From the NCBI GenBank assembly GCA_963706025.1, contig CAVPLM010000014.1:32001-96000 (forward strand): a stretch of DNA of 64,000 bases, in the 5' to 3' direction. Positions 38,128 to 47,997 of the stretch are shown here, one piece after another (within the stretch, counting starts at the first letter, position 1; every line of letters starts with the position of its first letter). The notes under the pieces are model-generated. The model worked only from the letters and a program-made list of their open reading frames with translations. It ran no database searches and was not told the origin of the DNA. Source of the stretch: an uncultured Actinomycetes bacterium (GTDB lineage: Bacteria > Actinomycetota > Thermoleophilia > RBG-16-64-13). The translations under genes were made by a program, and so were the position numbers.

Positions 38128-40119
38128 ATGACCGACCCTGCGCCGCACCGGACGGGCTTGTCTCCGGTGCCGGCTACATCGGGGCTTGCGGCCGCGAAGC
38201 GGCCGGACCGTCTGGAGATAGGAACTAGGTCGACGCCCGTGCTGAAGAGAGTCTGGGAATCCCTCAACGAATACCTGCGCATCAACGCCATACGGCGGAT
38301 GCTCTCCATCGTCGACGTGAGGCCCATCGAGGTTGGCGGGCTCATCGCGCTTGCGGTCCTTTTCGCCATCTTCGAAGGCATCGGCCTCGCGCTGCTGCTT
38401 CCCATCCTTCAGTACGCTGATGGTGGTCAGACGGCCATCATTGAGAGCTCGGGCATCATATGGAGGACGATCGCGAGCTTCATGGACTTCTTCCACCTCC
38501 CTATCAGCCTACCGGTCCTCTTGTTGCTCGCGTTCATCCCCATTCTGTTGCGGCAAGGGGTCTTCTACCTCAACGCCTGGTACTCGGCCGTGGTCTCCTC
38601 CCGTATCGGCCTGCGCTTGAAGATGCAGACGCTCGATACGATCCTGGACGCCGACCCGGAGTTCTTCTCCCGTCACACCGTCGGGCATCTCGCGGGCGTG
38701 GTCATAAGTCAGACGAGCGTAGGCGGCAGTGCCATCCTTGCCGTGATCAAGCAGCTTTCCATCGTGCTGCTCATAGCGGTTTACGTCGCCATATTGCTTG
38801 CCCTGACGGTTCCGCTGTCGCTCATAATCCTTCTCTTCGCGGTGATGGTGTATCTGGCGGTGCGGGCCAATATCAAGCGGACGCGGGCCTACGGTCTTGT
38901 GACCACTCGGGCTTCTCAAGAGGTATGGAGCACGATCGTCGAGCGGCTCAGCCTGATTCGCCTCGTCAAGCTCCGGGACCAGAAGCAGCCGGAGTCCAAG
39001 CGTATCCGGGACTTGTTTGACAGGCTCCGGATCGTCGAGGTGCGGCAGGCCCGCCTGGGGGCGAACATCGAAGTGACCGCCGACCCTCTGCTGATGCTGT
39101 CGGTGTTCTTCACTCTCTACGTCGGTATAGCCGTCCTGGGTATGACCCTGCCCCAGCTCGGACTGCTGCTGTTCGTACTGAACCGGCTCAACGCAAAAGT
39201 GAAGGAGTTCAACACCGGCCGTCAAGCGATCTCGAAGAACATGGCCGGGCTGATGCTCGTCAGGGACCTTGCAGAGGATGCCACTGCTTCCAACACCATC
39301 CGTCGGGGGCCAGAGAGATTCGGGAACCTCGAGCACGAGATCGTGCTGACCGACGTGACGTTCGCATACCCGGATGTGCACGCTACCGACGGCACTCTCG
39401 TCGCAGGGGGCCACTCGGTGCTGAACGGGATATCGGTCTCGATACCCGCCGGCTCTTTCACTGCGCTGGTGGGCCGCTCCGGCATGGGCAAGTCGACACT
39501 GGTTGAGCTCCTACCCCGGCTTCGTGAGGCCACTGCGGGCAGCATCACCTATGACGGCACCGATATCAAGGCCTTCGACGTAGGCAGCCTCCGCCGCGGC
39601 ATCGGCTATCTCACCCAGAGCGCGATGCTGTTCAGCAACACCGTGCGCGAGAACCTGACCTATGGGGTTGGCTTCGAGCCCTCCGAGGAGCAGATCCGGC
39701 GCGCCCTCGAACGGGCTCACGCCGGGTTCATCTATGAGCTTCCAGAAGGACTCGAGACCAGGATCGGCGAGCGAGGGGTGCGGTTCTCCGGAGGCGAGCA
39801 GCAGCGCATCGCCCTCGCACGCGTGCTTCTCCAAGACTCGTCCGTCTTGATCCTGGACGAACCCACCGCTGCGTTGGATTCGGAGTCGGAGACCTACATC
39901 CAGGATACGTTGGCGAACCTGCATGGCGAAAAGACCATCATCGTCATCGCGCACCGGCTCGCGACCGTCATTCAGGCCGACCAACTCCTGGTCATCGAAG
40001 GGGGCCGGCTGGTGGAGCGTGGAACGCACGAGGAGCTCGTGGCTCGGGGGGGCGCGTATCAGCGGCTCTTCCAGAGCCAGCTGTTCTTGCCCCGCCCCCA
40101 GGGACACCCTACGGAGTAG
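38128..40119 (+). CDS. ABC exporter, fused TMD+NBD (MsbA/PglK/Wzk-like lipid-linked glycan flippase)
   Basis: FEGIGLALLLP N-terminus, about 6 TM, GRSGMGKS, FSGGEQQRIALAR, ILDEPT, IAHRL; last gene of the plus-strand glycan block. Confidence 0.85.
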   Translation: MTDPAPHRTGLSPVPATSGLAAAKRPDRLEIGTRSTPVLKRVWESLNEYLRINAIRRMLSIVDVRPIEVGGLIALAVLFAIFEGIGLALLLPILQYADGGQTAIIESSGIIWRTIASFMDFFHLPISLPVLLLLAFIPILLRQGVFYLNAWYSAVVSSRIGLRLKMQTLDTILDADPEFFSRHTVGHLAGVVISQTSVGGSAILAVIKQLSIVLLIAVYVAILLALTVPLSLIILLFAVMVYLAVRANIKRTRAYGLVTTRASQEVWSTIVERLSLIRLVKLRDQKQPESKRIRDLFDRLRIVEVRQARLGANIEVTADPLLMLSVFFTLYVGIAVLGMTLPQLGLLLFVLNRLNAKVKEFNTGRQAISKNMAGLMLVRDLAEDATASNTIRRGPERFGNLEHEIVLTDVTFAYPDVHATDGTLVAGGHSVLNGISVSIPAGSFTALVGRSGMGKSTLVELLPRLREATAGSITYDGTDIKAFDVGSLRRGIGYLTQSAMLFSNTVRENLTYGVGFEPSEEQIRRALERAHAGFIYELPEGLETRIGERGVRFSGGEQQRIALARVLLQDSSVLILDEPTAALDSESETYIQDTLANLHGEKTIIVIAHRLATVIQADQLLVIEGGRLVERGTHEELVARGGAYQRLFQSQLFLPRPQGHPTE

Positions 40120-40249
40120 GCTGCGGGTGCCGCGGAGCTCCAGTCTGCCCACCCGGATGATTCCTTTATGTGCCAACCAGGCTTACACTTAGGCTCAGGG
40201 GAATCTCCCCAGCGCGACTTGAAGTCACCACGATCTTCGGGGGAGCATC

Positions 40250-42019
40250 ATGAAGGGCACCGGTGCTGAGATCCTGGTCCGCTATCTGGAGAACGAGGGA
40301 GTCAAATACGTCTTCGGTCTTCCCGGGGCGCATCTCCTCACTTTCTACGATGCTCTGCGGGAATCCAGCATCACGTCTATCTTGGCGAAGCATGAGGGAG
40401 GGGCGGCCTACATGGCGGCCGGTCATGCGCTGGCCGGCGGCGGGCTCGGCGTCTGCTGCGGGACGGTAGGCCCAGGAGCGACCAACCTCGTATCAGGTGT
40501 CGCCGCCGCCTACATGGCCTCGCTGCCCATGCTGGTCTTGACCGCACAGGTCGGGACCTCTTCGATAGGCAAAGGGGCTCTTCAGGAAGCCGCCGGCGAA
40601 GGCCGTACCTTCTCTCAGACCGAGCTCTTCTCCTCGGTGACCAAGTACTCCACCATGGTCACCCACGCCGGCAAGCTGCCGGAGACGCTTCGGCGGGCTC
40701 TACGCATCGCGATGAGCGGCCGCCCGGGACCGGTCCACCTGGACCTGCCCGCCGACGCGCAGCGAGGTCAGGCGGAAGACGAGATCATCGGTCCCGACCA
40801 GTATCGTCCCGCTCTCACCACACGACCTGCGGAAGCGGACCTCCGGCGTGCGGCGGAGCTGTTGCTCGCTTCCCAGAAGCCGGGCATGCTGATAGGGGCG
40901 GGCGGGAGGAAGGGAAGTGCTCCCAAAGACGTCCTGCGGCTCGCCGAACTCCTCGCCTGCCCTGTGGCCACTACCCTGCCCGGCAAGGGCACGATCCCCG
41001 AGGATCACCCTCTTGCCCTGGGTTGCATCGGGCTCTACGGCACGCGTGCCGCCAACAGCTACATGCGTTCGGGATTGGATGTGCTGCTCGTGGTCGGATC
41101 CAGCCTGCACGAATTCAGCACTCACGTCTGGGACCCGGCACTTCGACCCTCCAACGCACTCATCCAGATAGACGTCGACCCAGAGGAGATCGGTAAGAAC
41201 TACCCGGTGGATGTGGGTCTGTTGGGTGACGCGGGCATCATCCTCAAGGGGCTGCTGGAGCAGGTGGAGAGTCTCAAGACGGCAGATCGCCTGCCGGCTG
41301 AGGACTTCTCGGCCCTTAAGGCCAAGACCGAGTACTTCTCCGAGCCTGCCATGACCTCCACGGACGTCCCCCTGAAGCCCCAGCGCGTGATGGCCGAGCT
41401 GGGGGAGGCCCTGCCGGAGGATGCCCTCGTGTTCACCGATATCGGCAACACCGTCACCTGGGTGGAGAGATGTCTTCCCGTCAGACGGCCCGATGTGACC
41501 ATGTCGCTGTGCGGTCTGGCCGCGATGGGTTCGGGGGTAGCCGCGTGCATAGGGGGCAAGCTTGCGGCCCCGGACCGCCCCACCATGGTCGTCTGCGGAG
41601 ACGGTGACTTCCAGATGCACGGCATGGAGGTGATGACCGCGGTCAGCCACAACATCCCGGTGGTCTGGCTCATCCTTCAGAACGACATGCTTGCCATGGT
41701 GCGCGATGTCCAGACGATGACCTACAAGGGTCGTTACGTGGCCTCCGACTTCGCGGCGCCCGATTTCGTGAAGCTGGCCGATTCCTTTGGCGCCCTTGCT
41801 CTGAGGGCCGAGAAGCCGGGGGAAGTGGCCGACGCCATGAAGGCGGCCTTCGCCTCCGATCGGCCGGCAGTCGTCAGCGTGCCCATCGACCCTAACGAGA
41901 TGCCGCCGGCCAAGGCGAGGATGATGGCCATGGACCGGTCCCTCGGCAACCCTCCCCTCATGCAGTCGCTGAGCCTCGGGTCACTGAAGACCATCTGGGC
42001 CATGCTCAAGGAGCGGTAG
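40250..42019 (+). CDS. thiamine diphosphate-dependent enzyme (acetolactate synthase-like)
   Basis: YVFGLPG, KHEGGAAYMA, GPGATN, GRPGPVHLDLP, GDGDFQMHGME..N. Confidence 0.88.
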   Translation: MKGTGAEILVRYLENEGVKYVFGLPGAHLLTFYDALRESSITSILAKHEGGAAYMAAGHALAGGGLGVCCGTVGPGATNLVSGVAAAYMASLPMLVLTAQVGTSSIGKGALQEAAGEGRTFSQTELFSSVTKYSTMVTHAGKLPETLRRALRIAMSGRPGPVHLDLPADAQRGQAEDEIIGPDQYRPALTTRPAEADLRRAAELLLASQKPGMLIGAGGRKGSAPKDVLRLAELLACPVATTLPGKGTIPEDHPLALGCIGLYGTRAANSYMRSGLDVLLVVGSSLHEFSTHVWDPALRPSNALIQIDVDPEEIGKNYPVDVGLLGDAGIILKGLLEQVESLKTADRLPAEDFSALKAKTEYFSEPAMTSTDVPLKPQRVMAELGEALPEDALVFTDIGNTVTWVERCLPVRRPDVTMSLCGLAAMGSGVAACIGGKLAAPDRPTMVVCGDGDFQMHGMEVMTAVSHNIPVVWLILQNDMLAMVRDVQTMTYKGRYVASDFAAPDFVKLADSFGALALRAEKPGEVADAMKAAFASDRPAVVSVPIDPNEMPPAKARMMAMDRSLGNPPLMQSLSLGSLKTIWAMLKER

Positions 42020-42039
42020 AGGGATCGGGCGGGACAGCT

Positions 42040-42831
42040 TCAGCTCTCGCCCAATCCCCCCAGGTGCAGGCGCCTCACCATCCGATCCGCCATGCCAGGC
42101 GAGAGAGTGTTCACCAGGATCAGAGTCTTTGAACTCAGTCGTGGGACAAGCACTTCGGCCTTTTGCTTGAGCACCGCCCGCACTATCGCGTCTGCGACTC
42201 TCTCGGGAGGAATCTTGGCGGAGATGGACGGGACCCGCACATCCGCGATCATCGGGGTATCGATGCGTCCCGGGAAGATCGTCGACAGGTGAACACCGGT
42301 GCCATGCAGTTCTTGTCTGAGCACATCGGCGAGCCCGCTAACCGCGAACTTCGATGCAACATAGGCCCCGTCTGGCGGTATGCCTTTCTTCCCATCCACT
42401 GAGGCCACCACCACGATATGTCCCGCTCCCAGTGCCAGCATGTGAGGGAGGACTTCCAGAATAGAGTAGAGGCAACCATAGAAGTTCACGGCCATGACGC
42501 ACTCGACGTGCTCAACCGTGAGGTCTTGAACCGGGCACCGGAGGTATGTCCCTGCGTTGGCAACGAAGACGTCGATCTTGCCGAATCGGCCGAGCGAGGC
42601 GTCGACGAGAGCTTTGACCTGTTTTCTGTCCGAGACGTCCGTCGGCACAACCAGCGTCTCGACGTTCCACGCCCGCGCCTCTTGTTGCACCTGCTCGAGC
42701 GCCTGCTGACTTCGCGCTGCCAGCACCACGTTGGCTCCCCTCCGGGCAAATGCGATCGCCGTGGCGCGCCCGATGCCACTCGACGCCCCGGTCACTAAGA
42801 CCGACTTGGCTTCCAACTCCTTGGCCTTCAT
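42040..42831 (-). CDS. short-chain dehydrogenase/reductase
   Basis: VTGASSGIG, ANAG, YVASK. Confidence 0.92.
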   Translation of the reverse strand: MKAKELEAKSVLVTGASSGIGRATAIAFARRGANVVLAARSQQALEQVQQEARAWNVETLVVPTDVSDRKQVKALVDASLGRFGKIDVFVANAGTYLRCPVQDLTVEHVECVMAVNFYGCLYSILEVLPHMLALGAGHIVVVASVDGKKGIPPDGAYVASKFAVSGLADVLRQELHGTGVHLSTIFPGRIDTPMIADVRVPSISAKIPPERVADAIVRAVLKQKAEVLVPRLSSKTLILVNTLSPGMADRMVRRLHLGGLGES

Positions 42832-42907
42832 TGCCTCCTCCTCGCCACCGGATGTACTCGCGCTGGAGTTGGCGATCCCCATCGGCGCGTTTCAGCTGGA
42901 TTCCGGG

Positions 42908-44089
42908 TTACCTCACTATTCGGTGACCCACCACCTGGCCGTCGCTGTGAAATGCCTCCAACAGGCGCTGGCTCTCGGGGATGATTCGCCATCCATTCGG
43001 CACCGCTCGCCCGGGAGAAAGAATGCAGCCGGCTCCGAGATAGGCGTCGTGACCCAGGCAGGTGCCCAGTAGGAGGACTCCCGAATCGATACGTCGCCCG
43101 TCCTTAAGGACTTGCACGCATTTCCCATCGAAACGGAAGTCTGAGACGGTCACGCCGTCGCTGATGAACGTGTTCCTCCCCGATAGGTTCAACCCGACGT
43201 AACGGCAACTGATGCAGGCACCGGGATACAGCACAGAGTACTGGACGACGCAGCCGTTGAAGATCGTGCTGCCTGCGCCGACGATCGACATCTCCACCGT
43301 CGTATTGTTTGCTATGTAGCAGTCGTCGCCAACGACCGACTCCCTCACGATCGCGCCGGCACCGATCTTCACGTTGTCCCCCACGACGCTACCCTCGACG
43401 TAGGCCGTAGGATGGATATCGCAGTCTCGGCCAAACCGATTCAGTTTCCGAAGCACTTTATGCTGATTCGTGGACCGCGCTCGGAGGGCCAACAATAGGA
43501 GCCTGATAGCCGAAGCCTTCTTCAGTCTTGCTCCATCAGCCAGTAGAAACGCCATATTGGCGGCCCAAAGATTTGTCCAGTGGTCGATCTGGATCATGAC
43601 CATGTTTGTCAACGGTACCCAGTAACCCTCGCCGGGCATCATGTGATCCGGGAAGTGGGCGTTTTCGAAGAACTGGTCCACGTCGATCACAACAGGACGC
43701 GCCTCGCCCGTGGTTGAACCGGCCGGTAGGTAGTTGAGACCGTATTCGACTCGGTCTGAATAAACTCGCACATCCTGGGTGGTAACGATCGAGTTGCGGG
43801 TCTCTGATCCTGGCTTCGCGCAACAGACCGTGGGGACTCCCAGTTCGCGAGACCTCAGCAGGAACTCCCGGAGCAACTCACGTGAAAAGAAGAGACTGTC
43901 CCGCATGACCACACACTCGCCCGCCTCGTCGACCTGAGAGGCATCTTGAATCACAGCCGATTCTAGGCTCAGGGCGCGAAGCGTCTCTTCTTGGTGTTGC
44001 GCCAGCCGCCGATTCCCGATGAGGCAGTCGCGGGGCTGATCGCCGAAAGGTTCGATCTTACTGCGGCTCTGGACGATGTAGGCCTTCAT
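42908..44089 (-). CDS. hypothetical protein with C-terminal left-handed beta-helix (hexapeptide repeats) and degenerate GlmU-like N-domain
   Basis: DIHPTAYVEGSVVGDNVKIGAGAIVRESVVGDDCYI repeats; GGAGG RBS. Confidence 0.65.
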   Translation of the reverse strand: MKAYIVQSRSKIEPFGDQPRDCLIGNRRLAQHQEETLRALSLESAVIQDASQVDEAGECVVMRDSLFFSRELLREFLLRSRELGVPTVCCAKPGSETRNSIVTTQDVRVYSDRVEYGLNYLPAGSTTGEARPVVIDVDQFFENAHFPDHMMPGEGYWVPLTNMVMIQIDHWTNLWAANMAFLLADGARLKKASAIRLLLLALRARSTNQHKVLRKLNRFGRDCDIHPTAYVEGSVVGDNVKIGAGAIVRESVVGDDCYIANNTTVEMSIVGAGSTIFNGCVVQYSVLYPGACISCRYVGLNLSGRNTFISDGVTVSDFRFDGKCVQVLKDGRRIDSGVLLLGTCLGHDAYLGAGCILSPGRAVPNGWRIIPESQRLLEAFHSDGQVVGHRIVR

Positions 44090-44213
44090 CTCGATTCACC
44101 TCCATTTGCAGGATGGTGGCGCTTCTTGAGAAATCGGGGTTACAGCCAGGCCTGACTTGTGCGCCTTTGGGCACGACTCATTGCCGATGGTCTTGCCCGC
44201 CTTCTCTGTAGCA

Positions 44214-44227
44214 TAAGTCCGGACTTA
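44214..44227. promoter_or_regulatory. perfect 14 bp palindrome, candidate operator
   Basis: TAAGTCCGGACTTA upstream of the LbH/SDR genes. Confidence 0.4.
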
Positions 44228-44376
44228 GCGGCAGACAAGTGGCTCGTCTGCAATGCACGTCTCGCAGCAGAGGTGTTCCCTAGTCAATACCCCCGCAAGG
44301 CATAGCGATCGTCTCAGCCAGGGAGGAAGACTGGAACCGGGAGCGCCTCACTCGGACGTCGGCGCCGCGCGTCGGG

Positions 44377-45651
44377 CTACTCGGCGGGCTCCTGCTCTTT
44401 CTCCGCCTTTTCCTTCCGCATCTTCTCGATCCACTCTACCCAGGGCTTCTCGTCCTCCGCCATGCGGGCCCGGAAGTAGGGCTCCATCTCGAAGTGGTCC
44501 TCGCGGTCGATGAACACCCACAGCGGGTGCGGTTCCAGCGGCGGGCAGCCGGCCGACCAATGGCGCCCCTCGCCTCGGAAGCGCTTCACGCAGTCACCGA
44601 TGAGGATCACATCGTTCGGGTCGACGCCCTGCGGCATCTCGTCGTCCCGCTTGGGGCCCACCACCACGTGGCAGCCGGCATTCTTGTCGTACTGGCCCAG
44701 AGCCTTGAGCTTCTCCATGGTGAACGCCACCAGGGATTCGCAACTGCTGCAGGCGCCGCTCGTGTAGAAGTTGTACTCGGGCCAGGTCTCGAAGCCCTCC
44801 AGATAGGGGAACCAGAGGTCCTTGTGCACCTCCTCGATCGTCCGGCCCACCACCTCGATATCTTCTTCTTTGAAGTTGCCCAGGTTGCGCTCGGCGGCTG
44901 CCGAGAAGTACTGGACGTTTTCGATGCTCAAGCCCACCATGCGGCAGGCGGTGGCGTCCAGGGCGACCGGGTCCTTGCTCCCCACCACGCAGCCGAAATC
45001 CACCGGGATGGTGGTGTGCGGCCCGAAGCCCTCAGCCGGGTGGATGAGGTCGGCGATGGTCAGATCGGCCCGGATCACCGACCACACGTCCATCATGGCG
45101 GCGGCCAGGTCGGTCATATGCATCTGCTGGTGGGTGAGGTCCTGCACCACGCCCTTCATGTTCTTGAGTGCGCAGGTGAACACCATGCTGGCGTGACTCT
45201 TGAAGATGGGCAGGTTGAAGATGTGCTCGGCTTCCAGGAGGAATCGGGGGAGCTTGACCTTCTTGATATCGGAGCGCGCGTCCCGGATGGGGATGTTGAT
45301 AAGGTCTTTCTCCCGTTTGATGTCGATGAGACGGGCGCCGGCGGCCTCGGCCGCGGCGCCGATGCCGCTCACGTCGAGCACGTGCATGGAGTCGCAGCCG
45401 ATGGCGGCCGCCTCGGCCACGATGATGTCCTTGGGCTTGGCCTTCTTGACCTCTCTGATGACCGCCGCCACGAACTCGGGGCTGGTGTTCACCGAGGTCT
45501 CGGCCTTGGCGGGGTGACCGGCGTTGGGCTTCAGCACCACGGTGCTCCGCGGCTTGACCAGGTTCTCCACGCCGCCCAGGAGGGCGAAGACCTCGGCCAC
45601 CATCTTCTCGGGGTCGGGATCCTTGGCTATGGCGACGAGCGATTTGGGCAT
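44377..45651 (-). CDS. DUF362 family protein with C-terminal Fe-S domain
   Basis: VVLKPN, TSPEFV, NLPIFKSH, TCALKNMKG, DPVALD; C-terminal CSSC..GDC..GCPP. Confidence 0.85.
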   Translation of the reverse strand: MPKSLVAIAKDPDPEKMVAEVFALLGGVENLVKPRSTVVLKPNAGHPAKAETSVNTSPEFVAAVIREVKKAKPKDIIVAEAAAIGCDSMHVLDVSGIGAAAEAAGARLIDIKREKDLINIPIRDARSDIKKVKLPRFLLEAEHIFNLPIFKSHASMVFTCALKNMKGVVQDLTHQQMHMTDLAAAMMDVWSVIRADLTIADLIHPAEGFGPHTTIPVDFGCVVGSKDPVALDATACRMVGLSIENVQYFSAAAERNLGNFKEEDIEVVGRTIEEVHKDLWFPYLEGFETWPEYNFYTSGACSSCESLVAFTMEKLKALGQYDKNAGCHVVVGPKRDDEMPQGVDPNDVILIGDCVKRFRGEGRHWSAGCPPLEPHPLWVFIDREDHFEMEPYFRARMAEDEKPWVEWIEKMRKEKAEKEQEPAE

Positions 45652-45655
45652 TTCC

Positions 45656-46641
45656 CTACCTCCGTTGCTCAGGTGTCTGTCGGGGGCGTAGTGTGACTGC
45701 TGGACTGGCCGTCGACCGGCCGGTCGGCGGCGATGGCAGCGGCTGCGGCGTGCCGGCGGCCTTGGCGCTGACGCGCTGGGCTGCGGCGGCGGTGGCGCTG
45801 ACGGCGCCGGCTCCCTCCGTGGCGCCAACGGCGCCCGCGGCGGCCATGGCGCCCGCGGCGGCCGTGGCGCTGATCCTGGCCAGCAACCGGTCGAACATGT
45901 TGGCCGAGCCTCTTGAGGGTCATCTCGGTGTCGAGACCCTCCAGATAGCTCAGATCTTCCCACCAGATCCAGGCGAACAGTTCGGCCACTATAAGGTCGG
46001 TCTCGATGTCGGTGCGGATGGTCCCCTGGGCCTTGCCTTCTTCCACCAGGTCGGCATACCACTGGAGCATCTCCACCCGGCGCCGCACCACGTGGTCGCG
46101 CACCCGGTCTTTGGGGATCCAGGAGATGAACTGGAACATGGGCGCGTTGAAGCCCTCGATATCCTTGGAGAAGATGCGGGCGTGTGACCCGCCCATCTCG
46201 CGCAGCCGATCGATCACGTTGGGGGCCTTGGACGAGTTCAGCCAGGCGAAGACCCGCTCGATCAATGCATCGTGCGCCGCGATCAGGATGTCTTCCCGGC
46301 TGTCGAAGTGACGGTAGAGGGCGGCGTTGGAGATCCCCACAGCGTCGGCGATGCGCGACATGCTGGCGCCCACCAGGCCGTACTCCGCCACCAGGCGCAG
46401 CGTTGCCTGGACGATCTGGGCCTTACGCTCCGCGCCGGGCAGGCGCCCGTGGCCGTTGCCCGGGACGGGTTCGCCCGTGCCGGCTGCGCCCCCGCGCGTC
46501 GCCCGCGGGACCGGCGCCGCCGCCGCGGACGCCGCCGCCCCAGTCGCAGGCGCAGCCGCCCGCGGCCGCGGACGCCGCGGTCGCCGCGGGCGTGGTCGCA
46601 GCCGCGGACTGCTGCGGCGCTATGCCCGGAGTCGACTTCAT
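45656..46641 (-). CDS. TetR/AcrR family regulator with Ala-rich extensions; frameshifts near 46550 and 45915
   Basis: [43 protein letters not shown]; ATGA overlap with thiolase stop. Confidence 0.8.
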
Positions 46642-47840
46642 TCCGCCTCGATGATGGTGGCGATCCCCTGCCCGCCGCCGATGCACATGGTGGCCAGGCC
46701 GTACCGGCCTCCGGTGCGCCGGAGGCCGTAGAGCAGCGTCGTCAGGATGCGTGCTCCCGAGGCCCCTATGGGGTGCCCCAGAGCGATGGCGCCACCGGAA
46801 GGGTTGGTCTTGCTCATGTCCAGTTCGAGGAGCGGGGCTATGGCCAGCACCTGGGCGGCGAAGGCCTCGTTGGCCTCCACCACATCCATCTGGTCAACGG
46901 TCATCCCGGTCTTCTCCATCGCTTTCAGCGTCGCGTAGTACGGGCCCATGCCCATGTAGGCCGGCTCCAGCCCGGCCGAGGCATAGCCGACGATCCGCGC
47001 CAGCGGCTTGAGGCCCCGCTTTTCCGCGAAATCCCGGGAGGTCAGCACCAGAGCGGCAGCGGCATCGTTCACCCCGGACGCGTTTCCTGCGGTGACGGTG
47101 CCGTCTTTCTTGAAGGCCGGCTTCAGCTGGGCCAATCCCTCCAGGGTGGCGTCCGGCCGGGGATGCTCCTCTGTGTCGAAGAGGATGGGGTCGCCCCTCT
47201 TCTGAGGGATGGGCACCGGCACCACCTCGTCTTTGAACCAGCCGGCAGCCATGGCCGCGGCCGCGCGGCGCTGGCTCTCGAGCGCGAACGCGTCCTGAGC
47301 CTCGCGGGTGATGCCGTAACGGGTGGCGATGTTCTCGGCCGTCATGCCCATGTGGTAGTTGTTCACGGCGCAGATGAGGCCGTCGCGGAGCATATGGTCC
47401 TCGAGCAGGCCGTCGCCCATGCGGTAGCCCGTGCGCCCTTTCGCCAGAAGGTAGGGGGCGAGGGACATGTTCTCCATGCCCGCGGCCACGACGACGTCCG
47501 CGTCTCCGCACGTGATGGCCTGGGTGGCGAAGTGGACCGCCTTCATGCTCGATCCGCACAGCTTGTTGACGGTCACCGCCGGCACCTCGTCCGGCAGGCC
47601 GGCGGCGTGGAGGGCTAGGCGACCGGGGTTCTGTCCCTGCCCGGCCTGCAGTACGTTGCCCACGATCACCTCCTGGACGTCCCCCGGCTCCAGACCGGCC
47701 CGCTTGACCGCTTCGGCGATCACGAACCCGCCCAACTGGACGGCGGGGATCTCCGACAAGCTGCCCAAGAAGCGGCCCGTACCCGTGCGGCATGCGCTCA
47801 GGATCACGGTCTCGCGCGACGAGGTCGTTTCAGGCGCCAA
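46638..47840 (-). CDS. acetyl-CoA C-acetyltransferase (thiolase)
   Basis: [50 protein letters not shown]. Confidence 0.95.
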   Translation of the reverse strand: MAPETTSSRETVILSACRTGTGRFLGSLSEIPAVQLGGFVIAEAVKRAGLEPGDVQEVIVGNVLQAGQGQNPGRLALHAAGLPDEVPAVTVNKLCGSSMKAVHFATQAITCGDADVVVAAGMENMSLAPYLLAKGRTGYRMGDGLLEDHMLRDGLICAVNNYHMGMTAENIATRYGITREAQDAFALESQRRAAAAMAAGWFKDEVVPVPIPQKRGDPILFDTEEHPRPDATLEGLAQLKPAFKKDGTVTAGNASGVNDAAAALVLTSRDFAEKRGLKPLARIVGYASAGLEPAYMGMGPYYATLKAMEKTGMTVDQMDVVEANEAFAAQVLAIAPLLELDMSKTNPSGGAIALGHPIGASGARILTTLLYGLRRTGGRYGLATMCIGGGQGIATIIEAE

Positions 47841-47868
47841 GATGCTTCCTTTCCTCGCGGATTGCTTT

Positions 47869-47888
47869 GTTGGTTAACGACTACCAAC
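47869..47888. promoter_or_regulatory. putative TetR operator in divergent promoter
   Basis: GTTGGTTAACGACTACCAAC (GTTGGT-N8-ACCAAC) between thiolase and LDH-like genes. Confidence 0.5.
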
Positions 47889-47997
47889 TTGACTGCCACC
47901 ACTATCATGCTCTGCGCGGCGCTTTGTCAAGACCGCTACCGGCCCCGTCTCTTGCAGGTAAACTTGCTCGCACGCGATCCCAGAAGAAGGGGGGAAG

